DNA of 64,000 nt, taken from Octopus sinensis. Its lineage: Eukaryota. The notes under the pieces were generated by a model. The model saw nothing but the letters and a program-made list of their open reading frames with translations. It had not been told where the DNA came from and ran no database searches. The stretch is from assembly GCF_006345805.1 (NCBI RefSeq), contig NC_042999.1:11904001-11968000 (forward strand), read 5' to 3'. Shown here piece by piece: positions 12,415 through 23,609 of this stretch (position 1 is the stretch's first letter; every line of letters starts with the position of its first letter). Position numbers and translations under genes: made by a program.

Positions 12415-13310
12415 TATGTATGTATGTATGTATGTATGTACGTACGTATGAATGTATGTATGTATGTATGTATGTATGTATGTATGTATGTATGTACGTA
12501 CGTATGAATGTATGTATGTATGTATGAATGTATGTATGTATGTATGTATGTATGTATGTATGTGTGTATGTATGTATGTATGTATGTATGTATGTATGTA
12601 TGTATGTATGTATGTATGTATGTATGTATGTATGTGTGTGTGTGTGTGTGTATGTGTGTGTGTATGTATGTATGTATGTATGTATGTATGCATGCATGCA
12701 TGCATGCATGTATGTATGTATGTATGTATGTATGTATGTACGTACGTACGTACGTACGTACGTACGTACGCACGCATGCATGCATGTATGTATGTATGTA
12801 TGTGTGTATGTATGTATGTACGTACGTACGTACGTACGCACGTACGTACGCACGCACGCATGCATGTATGTATGTATGTATGTACGTACGTATGTATGTA
12901 TGTATGTATGTGTGTATGTATGTATGTATGTATGTATGTATGTATGTATGTATGCATGTGCGTATGTATGTATGTATGTATGTATGTGTGTGTGTATGAG
13001 TATATGTATGTGTGTATGTATGTATGTGCGTATGTATGTGTGTATGTATATATGTATGTACATGTATTTATGTATGTGTATGTATGTATGTGTGTATGTA
13101 TGAGTGTATGTATGTATTTATGTATGTTTGTATGTGTATGTATGGATGTATGTGTGTATGTATATATTACGTATGCATGTACGTATGCATATATATACAT
13201 GCGTGTGTGTGTATTTATATATGTTTTCATATATATGTGTATGTATGCATGTGTTTATGTATATGTATATGTTTGTATGTATGTTAATGTATGTATATAA
13301 TGAATGAATG
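12415..13310. repeat. ~0.9-kb compound tetranucleotide microsatellite (TATG/TACG/TGCA/TGTG)
   Basis: Direct reading; source of the long HTYI/MYVC pseudo-ORFs. Confidence 0.95.
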
Positions 13311-13379
13311 TAAATTTGCATATTTGTATGTACATAAAACCCCTTCTATTTTACTTTGCAGTATTTTAGCATCGTCCTT

Positions 13380-13590
13380 CAGGCGGCGAGGATCTGGCAG
13401 AATCGCTAGAACGCCGGACAAAATGCTTAACGGCGTTTCGATCGTCTTTACGTTCTGATTTCAAATTCCGTCGAGGTCGGCTTTGCTTTTAGTCCTTTCG
13501 GCTCGATAAAAAAAGTACCAGTTGAGCACTGGGGTCTGGCGTCGATGTAATCGATTTACCCATCCCTCAATGTTGCTGGCCTTGTGCAGG
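13380..13590 (+). mobile_element. SINE family A
   Basis: ctggcagaatcgctag...aaattccgtcgaggtcg...ggccttgtgc. Confidence 0.8.
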
Positions 13591-13701
13591 CATCGGTGTC
13601 TAAGAATTTCCCTTCTGACGATGTGGCTTTGGTCACAGTCTCGAAACCGAGAATTTGGTAGACGGAAACTTTGTGGAAACCCATCGCGTACACACACAAA
13701 T

Positions 13702-13744
<43 letters not shown>

Positions 13745-13899
13745 GTGTATGTGCGCGCGTGCGCATTACTGGGAGAGAGAAAAAGTGAGAGAGAGAGTAT
13801 TTCTTTATTCACCATAAGGTTGAGAAAAAGAGGGGACAAAACAAACGTTGGGGTCAGGGTATCGAATGAGACGAAACGTATGAATAAACAAACAATTAA

Positions 13900-14270
13900 A
13901 ATATATACAATTAAATGAGAATGAGTGATTAACAAAAAATGAAGCGGAAGACGCGGTTGACCCCACAAACCACAAACTCACACTGAAGACTTTGCGTTCT
14001 CCTTTTTTACATTCTCGATTAAACAGGTTCTTTCACTCGCAACATACTTGCTATATGCTTCCATCTTTTACGAAACACACTTTGCGACAGGCATTTCTTC
14101 TCCAGCCTTATTTTCCGTTTCATGTGGAAAACGAAAAAGTCGATTAGCTCGAGACTGGAGATAAACATGCCTGTTGCAATTCCTTTTACTCTCGTCTTCC
14201 ACACTACTTCTTTCGCCATAGCAACTACCGAGAGAAAACAGGCTCGCTCCTCCCTATTCAGGGAGATCGG
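13900..14270 (-). mobile_element. L1/Tx1-type LINE 3' fragment
   Basis: MAKEVVWKTRVKG...FFVFHMKRKIRLE (14019-14219), homologous to the AMAKE region at 7180-7260. Confidence 0.7.
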
Positions 14271-16042
14271 AGAGTGAGAGATAGAGAGAAAGAAAGAAAG
14301 GTCTTTGTGTTACTTTCCTCACTTCTTGACATCCGGTGTCAATTGCTACACATCCTCGTAACCTAGCAGTTCGGCAAAAAAGAGGCCGATAGTGTAATTA
14401 CCAGATTAAAGTAAGTTGTTCGACTAAACTCTACAAGGCGGTGCCCCAGCATGGCCGCAGTCAATTGACTAAAAAAAAAAAAAAAAGGAAAAGTAAGAAA
14501 CAGCATCAACAGCATTTCTTTCTTGTCACTCTCTTCTAATTCCTTCCTCTATGTTGAAGGCTTATACTGTTTTGCTCCAACCTTAGAATCATCTACGCAT
14601 TAATGTCTCCCGATATTCTTAGCTGAAGCAAGTTCTGTAAAGCAATGCCTTCTCCTTCCCTGCAACTGCACGGTTTATCTCATGAAAAGTAGTCAGAGTG
14701 TCACGTATGTAGCATTTTATTTCAAGATTACAACTTTCACGAATATCTCAATAGTCATATTTTGTGAATAATTAACGTTTTGCCAATAATTGTTTTTTTT
14801 TCGTTTTATTTCGGTAATTAACATTTTGTCAGTAATTAACGTTTTTCTATTGAAATTAAACAAAAAAAACAGTAGGACTAATTGAATTTCTATTTCCGGA
14901 TGTGTAATCTCGGCGTTGCTTCTGAATTATTCTGATATCTTTTGTAATTGTTGCGCGTTTGTTTCACACACTTCAGCGAATAAAAGAAAGATAAAAGTTT
15001 CCTCAAATAACGGCAGTTCAGTGTTTTGACGGGGTCGAGACGCCATTATAAAAAAAACTGCGTAAATGGAAAAAATGTGTGAGAGAATGTTGCAGATCCA
15101 CCATTTGTGTGTCAAGTCTGTATTTCTTCTATTCTGATTTTATTGTAGCAGACTGCGTGCATGGGAACACAGATGCACAGAGAGAGACGGAGCGAGGAGA
15201 GAGAGAGAGAGAGAGAGCGCGAGAGAGAGAGAGGGGGTAGAGAAAGAAAATATTGCTTACTATGCACTATAAAGTCATTATGCAGTCATTGTCTTTATTA
15301 TACTTTGTATGTATGTAGGTATATGTGTTTGTCCCCCACCACTGCTTGACAACCGATGTTGGTGAGTTTACGTTACGGTAACTTAGCAGTTCAGTAAAAG
15401 ATATCGAAAGAATAAGTTCCTGGCACTCCGTCAGCTACGATGACGACTGTTCCAGTTGATCCGATCAACGGAACCGCTTGCTCGTGAAATTGACGTGCAA
15501 GTGGCTGAGAACACCAGACACGTGTAACCCTGAACGTAGTTATTATGGAGATTCAGCGTGACACAGAATGTGACAAGGCTGCCCGTTTGAAATACAAGTA
15601 CTACTCATTTTTGCCTGTTGAGTGGACTGAATCAGCATGAAATAAAGTATCTTGCTCAAGGACAGATCAGGCCGCTGGGAATCGAACACACGAGCATGCG
15701 ATCGTGAGCCGAGTATCTTAGCCACGCGTCTTCATAGGTTAAAGTACCTGACTTCAAAAAATATTGGTCGTAGTTTGATGACTGAAACAAGTAAAAGATA
15801 AAGGGCAACAATTTTGAGTGGAGAGGACGAGTCAAAGACATCGACCCCTGTACTTGACGTGTACTTCATTTAATAGATCCCAGAACAATGAAAGGCAAAG
15901 TCGCCCGCAGAGGGATTCATCTCATAATGTAGAAAGCTACAAGAAACACCGCAAGGCATTTTTTCCAACGTTCAACAATCCTGCAACAACAGCGAGTGTT
16001 GTCTGTGTGTGGCTGTGTGTGTGTGTGTGCGTGTATAAATGC

Positions 16043-16090
<48 letters not shown>

Positions 16091-16195
16091 TATATATAAT
16101 ATATATGAAAGAAGGTTGAAAATGCAATTTTAAAAGATGTTTATTCACTTTACCGGTTTCACTCTTTTAGAAAAAGATTGTCAAAAGTAACATGT

Positions 16196-16492
16196 AAAAG
16201 CTTGGTTGTGCCAGGTATTGGTTGTCACAAAATACTACAATACATAGATACAGTCTTTGATAACAAGAACATGTTAAGAACAGTTTACAAGGGAAAATCT
16301 TGGGAAAATATAAAAAAGTTTAACAGCAGGAGTGGCTGTGTGGTAAGTAGCTTGCTAACCAACCACATGGTTCCGGGTTCAGTCCCACTGCGTGGCATCT
16401 TGGGCAAGTGTCTTCTGCTATAGCCCCGGGCCGACCAATGCCTTGTGAGTGGATTTGGTAGACGGAAACTGAAAGAAGCCCGTCGTATATAT

Positions 16493-16524
<32 letters not shown>

Positions 16525-16905
16525 TTGTGTGTCTGTGTTTGTCCCCTTAGCATTGCTTGACAACCGATGCTGGTGTGTTTACGTCCCCGTCACTTAGCGG
16601 TTCGGCAAACAGACCGATAGAATAAGTACTGGGCTTACAAAGAATAAGTCCCGGAGTCGATTTGCTCGACTAAAGGCGGTGCTCCAGCATGGCCGCAGTC
16701 AAATGACTGAAACAAGTAAAAGAGTAAGTTCATCAAAATATTGGGCACAAAAGCTTGGTTGTGCCAAGTACTGGTTGTCACAAAATATTACAATATACAT
16801 ATACATTCCTTGATAATAAAAACATGTTAAGAACAGCTTACAAGGGAAAATCTTGGGAAAATATAAAAAAGTTTAACAAGTTCATTAAAATATTGGGCAC
16901 AAAAG
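16196..16905 (+). repeat. 152-bp tandem repeat (about 2 units) interrupted by a SINE
   Basis: aaaagcttggttgtgcca...aaaaagtttaac at 16196 and 16749; aagttcat(c/t)aaaatattgggcacaaaag at 16726 and 16878. Confidence 0.85.
16326..16726 (+). mobile_element. SINE family B, complete copy (tRNA-like head + internal TA/TG tract + tail); second complete copy 49752-50125 (-)
   Basis: A box-like tggctgtgtggtaag, B box-like ggttcagtcc, tail ggcggtgctccagcatggccgcagtcaaatgactgaaacaagtaaaag; many fragments elsewhere. Confidence 0.9.
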
Positions 16906-16927
16906 ATTACAATATATATATATATAT

Positions 16928-17948
16928 ATCAGTAATAATATAGGGTGAAATTAATTAATTTGGAATAATCATTAATTTCACCAAGTAGATTTCGGCATGT
17001 AAAAGCCTCATTCGAGGAAAGTTTAAGTAATACTAAGTAATTAAGGGTTTAGCAACGATTTGCCTCACCACACACCGAATTTAGAAATAGCATTCAAAGA
17101 GTTATAGCTATTCTTTCTACTAAAAGGGAGATCTCAGTAAAACCACAGCACTTGAAAGGCAAACACAGACAGGCAAGAGAGAAAGAAATGACGGCAATCT
17201 ATCATACAATTTTAAGTCACCTACGGACGTACGTTTCGAAATTAAGTTTTAGGAAAGCATAAGAATTAGATAATTATCTCTTACCCAACTTCTTTTCTCA
17301 TCAGCGTAGGACACTACAATTATGAATAATTGTATATTAAATTTCGAGGTACTAGAAGGCATAATCTCAACTCCGTATCAGAGTGAGCTAAAGCCGTTAC
17401 CAGTATCACCAAATTCAAAATGTGAATGAAAGTTTGTGTCACCAACCCCTTCCCACCAGCGTGTAGCCAAGACAAGATGTTGTGGTCATTTACTGGGATG
17501 AAATATGGTTATCAGTAATAATATAGGGTGAAATTAATTAATTTGGAATAATCATTAATTTCACCAAGTAGATTTCGGCATGTAAAAGCCTCATTCGAGG
17601 AAAGTTTAAGTAATACTAGGTAATTAAGGGTTTAGCAACGATTTGCCTCACCACACACCGAATTTAGAAATAGCAGTCAAAGAGTTATAGCTATTCTTTC
17701 TACTAAAAGGGAGATCTCAGTAAAACCACAGCACTTGAAAGGCAAACACAGACAGACAAGAGAGAAAGAAATGACGGCAATCTATCATACAATTTTAAGT
17801 CACCTACGGACGTCTGTGTTTGCCTTTCAAGTGCTGTGGTTTTACTGAGATCTCCCTTTTAGTAGAAAGAATAGCTATAACTCTTTGACTGCTATTTCTA
17901 AATTTGGTGTGTGGTGAGGCAAATCGTTGCTAAACCTTAATTACTAGT
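16928..17948 (-). mobile_element. Non-coding PLE/retrozyme-like element: 583-bp unit x1.5 plus inverted tail
   Basis: 16928-17230 repeated at 17511-17813; 17812-17948 is the reverse complement of ~17615-17755; contains an HHR; no ORF in the track. Confidence 0.85.
17220..17310 (-). ncRNA. Type I hammerhead ribozyme, canonical core
   Basis: cctacg-CTGATGA-[~60-nt stem II gaaa...tttc]-GAAA-CGTACG-TC/cgtagg; palindromic stem III ACGTACGT; cut between 17226 and 17225. Confidence 0.9.
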
Positions 17949-17951
17949 ATA

Positions 17952-17982
<31 letters not shown>

Positions 17983-18055
17983 CATTCTCAAGAAATGTTT
18001 AAAGATAGTTTCCAGAAGGAATTATTAAAAAGTTCAGTGGAATATTGGTATTGTA

Positions 18056-18126
<71 letters not shown>

Positions 18127-18667
18127 TACGCACAGAATATTATAAGTTCAAAAAGTTTACATTTTAGTAGTAGGGTAGCGTTATCTGTCCTGATTCACCA
18201 TATTATCGTAAAAGACTATTTTTTTATTTCAAGGACAGTGTAGGTGTGTTTGTGTGGGGGGAAGGAAGAGTAATGTGCAACTGAAAAGAAGTTTTTTGTC
18301 CCTCCTTCAAGCATGAATGATTTGGGGGATTGGTCTTTAGAGGTCAGAATGGTGCGAGTGTGTATGTCTTTGTGTGTGTGTATATACATATACATTTGTT
18401 TGTGTGCGTGGGCCGTTTTTGATTGGTCCCAGTGTTTATTGTGGTGTAAATAGATGTGTCTGTGTGTATTTATAAAATTTGGTAGGATGGTGTGTGTATA
18501 TGTGTCCCCGTTTGTGTGTGTGTGTGTATGTGTGTGTGGTTAATGCTTGTTAGTGTGTTGAGTGTGCGCTATATATATATATACTAATACATATATACAT
18601 ACTAATACAATTGTTCGTTTGTTTTCCACCTGCCTTCGTCTTTTGTCTATTTTCATAAAGCTTCCCG

Positions 18668-18723
<56 letters not shown>

Positions 18724-18929
18724 CACACACACATATATAGTTGTGGTGTATTACGTTAAGAACGTATTAGAGTACAAAATAGAGGTCGTTCACCTTTAGA
18801 ATTACCAGATAGCCGGCAGTATTATGGTATACTATCAATTCTAGGCCTAGGCATTCCTCGTGTGTGAAAAATAAAAAGGATGTGATAGCATCGAAATCAA
18901 ACATTTATTTACGGAGACAGCGATTATAT

Positions 18930-19050
18930 ATCACCTGAGGAGATACAACTAGGTCCTATTATACAGGTAAACTGTTACTTAATTCAAATTTAAATCCTCT
19001 ATACATTGATATGTGGAACTATGTTGTAGTGATGAAACATGTGTAGTGAT
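18930..19050 (+). ncRNA. Type I hammerhead ribozyme with ~92-nt stem II insert
   Basis: atcac-CTGAGGA-[tacaac...gttgta]-GAAA-CATGTG-TA/gtgat; cut after 19045. Confidence 0.75.
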
Positions 19051-19129
19051 CATTAAACAGCTGTCGATTCGCACTCCCTCTTCCTTTTTACTCTATTTAT
19101 TCTTTCCTTTATATTTATATATATATATA

Positions 19130-19985
19130 GTCAAATCAAAGAAGCAAATAAAATAAGCGGACAATAAGAGGACTTGCACAAGAAATGTATTAGCTTGACA
19201 CTTGATGAAAAGAGGGAGAATTTGACGTTTCGAGCATAGCTCTTCGTCGGAAAGGAGAAAAGGAAAAATCCAAAGGAGGAAAAACAATCGCCAACAGCGC
19301 GTGTGTAGTTACATTGCTGAAGTGACTGGAAGTAGAAAGAGGTAGAAAAGTGGTTTTGGGGGACAGGAGTGTGCGAAGATGATCAGTATATGTGTGGTGG
19401 GGGATTCATACTATGTGTATTGGTGTATGTCTGAGATGGATAGACACTAAAGAATAAAAATTAAAAATTAAAAATTCGAAAAATAAAATAAAATAAAAAA
19501 TAAAACATAAAAATAAATTAAAAATAAAATTTCTAAATATTCTAAAAGGTGTGTGGAGGATATTACTGGAACGAGGGGGTCGTGTTGAGTCCAAAGGGAG
19601 TATGAGTTCGGAGAGTAAAAATGTAGTACTGTTCACGGAGAAGTCTGGTGTTGGTGGATCTTTGGTGTAGGGCAAGGCCGAAGACAGTGAAGTGTGAGGT
19701 GGAGTGGTCGGCCGAGCAAAAATGACGGGCGACGGAGGTATTTCGACGCAGACGGACGTCCTGTAGGTGTTCCGTGAACCGGTCGGCTAGCCGACGGCTC
19801 GTCTGACCAACAATATAGATAGTTGTAAAGATTGAATCGGATGCAGTATATAAAAGATTGGATGAAGTGCAGGAGTTCCGGATTTAGAGGGTATACTGGT
19901 TAGATCCAGTAAGGGAAGTGGTGTTGGTAATGAATCGACAGGTGTGGTATCGGGGTCTGGAGTAAGGGTGGGAATGGAGGAGGGG
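19130..19985 (-). mobile_element. Penelope-like element 3' part (GIY-YIG + 3' repeat with HHR)
   Basis: Manual minus-strand translation: SSNLLYCI...YIVGQTSRRLADRFTEHL...VARHF...EQYYIFTLRTHTPFGLN. Confidence 0.85.
19221..19253 (-). ncRNA. Minimal type I hammerhead motif, CCGACGA core
   Basis: ttt-CCGACGA-a-gagc tat gctc-GAAA-CG-TC/aaa; sense to the PLE ORF. Confidence 0.7.
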
Positions 19986-21546
19986 GTATGTATGTATGTG
20001 TGTTTATGTCCCTGTAACTTAGCAGTGCGACAAAAGAGACCGGTAGAATAAGTACAAGACTCAAAAAAGTACTAGAGTCGATTCATTCGACTAAAAATTC
20101 TTCAAGGCGGTGCCCCAGTATGGCCGCAATATATATTACATGGATGTTCAACTGAGACGTTGCACAACTGATCCTGATTGTTCAAGTACTTCAATTCTGT
20201 GCTATGTACATACATTTATTCGATTGCTGATATTTATCAATGGTTTCTCCCATTGTTTTGATGCGCCATTTTCTATCATTAATAAAATTATCGGCTTTTT
20301 TTTACGACACGGATATGCTGCTATTTTTACAAACAATATTTTATCTTGTGTCTATACAGCTGAATTTTTACTGTGTATTTTCAATCTTTGCGAGGTATAA
20401 GGTAATAACTTTTAAAAATGAAGTTTATTGTTAACCTTCGATTTTTTTCCACGACTGTTCATCCTTTAAATTCCATTTTTAAAGGTTTCAAACAAACTTT
20501 ATCATATCAACCATACTGTTGGTTTAATCAGAGTCAGAGGATTATCATGTGACTCCAATTGATCCACAAATGAAGTTAAATATTAGGCAGTAGGTTGCTA
20601 AAGCATTCATGCTTTCTCGGAATCATTGGCCTCACAAATGAAATGAAATAGCTACGATCAGGAATTTGAAGCTAGGCTGTAGTTCTTCAGATGTTTCATT
20701 TTGCCCGAATGTCATTCGCTAAAGATTTCTTTCGTTAAGAGAGGTCTTTTACATTTATAAACAAACTGAAGCGTTGTGATTAATGCGAATTCTTCAAGGT
20801 CACTAATAACATAAACGAAATAAAAGAGATAACCATTCCACTGTTTAGCTTAGTTGCTAACTTAGCTCACTGTTCTCTAGAACAAAGTGGTCTTTGCCAA
20901 TTATTGCTGTTGACTGTAGCCTGATTCTTATCTCTTTCATTGAGTAGTTGTTTCACTTTGAGTGAAGTAACAGATTTACAGTATACAAGACACAAAGCGG
21001 AATCATAAGGCTCTCTGTCTGCCTGCCTGTCTGTCCGGCCCCCTCTCTTCTTCTTCTTCTTCTTCTTCTTCTTCTTCTCTTCTTCTTCTTCTTCTTCTTC
21101 TTCTTCTTCTTCTTCTTCTTCTTCTTTCTCCTCCTCTCTTTATCTCCCCCCCTCTCTCTCTCTTCCCCTGTCTATATGTGTGTGTGTGTGTGTAGCCTGC
21201 AATTCACCCAATCATTCTCCTTCTGATCCTCTCTCACCGTGCGCTCTGTATGTCAAACATCTTTTATCTTTTAGTTATTTTAATCATTCAACTGCGACCA
21301 TGCTGGAGCACTGCCTTGAAGGGTTTTAGTCGAACAAATCGACCTCAGTACTTATACCTTTTAAAGTCTGGTACTTATTTTATCGGTTTGTCTTGCTGAA
21401 CCGCTAGTTTACGTGGTCTTAAACAAATCAACACCGATTGTCAAGCGGTGTAAACCCACCCCCACAAATTTTAACTCCCTAATGTATGAGTCTACCGAGT
21501 ATGGTGCTTTCTGGGGCTAATAAAGAAAGCATTGTTGTTGTTGTTA

Positions 21547-22025
21547 TTCAGGCGTCGAGCTGGCAGAATCCTTAGCGGTCGACTTTGCCTTTCATCCTTT
21601 CGGTCGACTTTGCCTTTCATCCTTTCGGGGTCGATAAATTAAGTACCAGTTACGCACTTGGGTCGATATAGTCGACTTAATACCTATGTCTGTCTTTGTT
21701 TGTCCCCTCTGTGTTTAGCCCCTTGTGGGTAATAAAGAAATAGGTATTTCGTCTGCCTCCACGTTCTGAGTTCAATTTCCGCCGAGGTCGACTTTGCCTT
21801 TCATCCTTTCGGGGTCGATTAAATAAGTACCAGTTACGCACTGGGGTCGATATAATCGACTTAATCCGTTTGTCTGTCCTTGTTTGTCCCCTCTATGTTT
21901 AGCCCCTTGTGGGTAATAAAGAAATAGGTATTTCGTCTGCCGCTACGTTCCGAGTTCAAATTCCACCGAGGTCTAATCGACTGGCCTCCTCCCACAAAAT
22001 TTCAGGCCTTGTGCCTATAATAGAA
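21547..22025 (+). mobile_element. Head-to-tail tandem array of SINE family A (184-bp period)
   Basis: aaagaaataggtatttcgtctgcc junction at ~21735 and ~21919. Confidence 0.85.
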
Positions 22026-23040
22026 ATTATTATTATTATTATTATTATTATTGTTATTATTATTATTATTATTATTATTGTTATTATTATTATTATTGTT
22101 ATTATTATTAGAGCGGTAAGCTGCTTGAATCGTCAGAGCAGCGGACAAAAGAGAAAAACAAACAACAACAAAAACAACCTTATTTGAAGGATTCTAATAG
22201 TCTTTTTCTTTTCATTTCTTTATTTGATAACTCCAATCACTCCGGGTTATTTTTATTACTTTTTATCTTTTCTTGTTGCTATGAATACCATGAAGGTCGC
22301 CTTGACTCTGTCATTGTTATTGTTGTTGGTTCTATTATTGTAATATTACTTGTGTCCCAGGGAATTTGATCATTTGATTGGTGGCATGTAATGTGCGTCG
22401 TACACCTTAGAGAAGTCGGAAGGATCAAACAAGATTTAATCCTATTCCACCCGATGAAGCGCCCACACAATGCTGTTGCTGAAAAATAATTAACAATATA
22501 ATAATTATAAAGAACGATCTTCTATAATGGTATATAAATATATAAACTTAGTACCTCAAGATGGTGTGCGGTGCAGAAACAAATACTGCGATCTACTATT
22601 AAAGCCTCATATCCTCCATCCTCTTCTTAAAACATGTTTGTATTAATGCTATGCATGTGTATCCACATGTGTTCCACATGTGTATCCGGCTCTGGAAGAT
22701 AACCTTCTGTAGAATAACATGTAGAAGTTACATAACGGTACAAGAGATCTTAAATGCACGACGATTGTTTTATATGTATGTATTAGGCACAACCTAAGGG
22801 TCTCCTTTATTTGCGCATCCAGTATGAAAAGGATATTGGCAAACAACCATAAATCGCGAGCAGAGGCTGATTGCTCATGCAGGAAGTACAATGCGAGGCT
22901 GAAGGCATCGTATATGAGGCTGTGGCGGTATCCAGCCTTAGTAACCAGAGTAATAGCAGCAAGAGCAGCAGCTCATCCAACAACATCGACGACAACGATG
23001 GCAACGGCGGAGGCGGCAACACATCAAGCAGCAGAAACAG

Positions 23041-23265
23041 CAGCGCCACGGCCGACGGTGAGGACCATACCAGCACCAATGACACCAGCGCCACGGCCGA
23101 CGGTGAGGACCATACCAGCACCGGTGGAACCAGTGCCACGGCCGACGGTGAGGACCATACCAGCACCGGTGGAACCAGTGCCACGGCCGACGGTGAGGAC
23201 CATACCAGCACCGGTGGAACCAGCGCCACGGCCGACGGTGAGGACCATACCAGCACCGGTGGAAC
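23041..23265 (+). repeat. 45-bp minisatellite, 5 units
   Basis: cag(c/t)gccacggccgacggtgaggaccataccagcacc(ggtggaac/aatgacac) at 23041, 23086, 23131, 23176, 23221. Confidence 0.95.
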
Positions 23266-23371
23266 CAGCAGCACCAGTGAAGCTACCAATCCTGCGTTCA
23301 GACTTAACAGCGACGGCAGCCACACCAACACTACGGTCAGGGATGACTACTGCAACGCTATCAACTACAGC

Positions 23372-23609
23372 AAGGCGCCGCTGAGCTGGCAGAATCGTTA
23401 GCGCGCCGGACAAAATGCTTTGCGGTATTTCGTCTACTGCTGCGTTCTGAGTTCAAATTCCGCCGAGGTCGACTTTGCCTTTCATCCTTTCGGGGTCGAT
23501 AAATTAAGTACCAGTTACACACTGGGGTCGATGTAATCGACTTAATCTGTTTGTCTGTCCTTGTTTGTCCTCTCTGTGTTTAGCCCCCTGTGGGTAGTAA
23601 AGAAATAGG
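23372..23609 (+). mobile_element. SINE family A (long-tail) with 13-bp TSD
   Basis: tatcaactacagc at 23359-23371 and 23610-23622. Confidence 0.92.

Noticed and set aside
13607-13650. CTGACGA-tgtggc/gtcaca-gtctc-GAAAC
   Set aside because: Five unpaired extra nt before GAAA, and stems III/I are truncated by a SINE junction; kept only as a relic.
16178-16943. Similar peptides VVP..GCHKILQY in two ORFs
   Set aside because: They come from a 152-bp DNA repeat whose period is not a multiple of 3.
23041-23265. Regular repeats as a possible CRISPR array (also 21547-22025)
   Set aside because: No unique spacers, no cas genes, and eukaryotic context.
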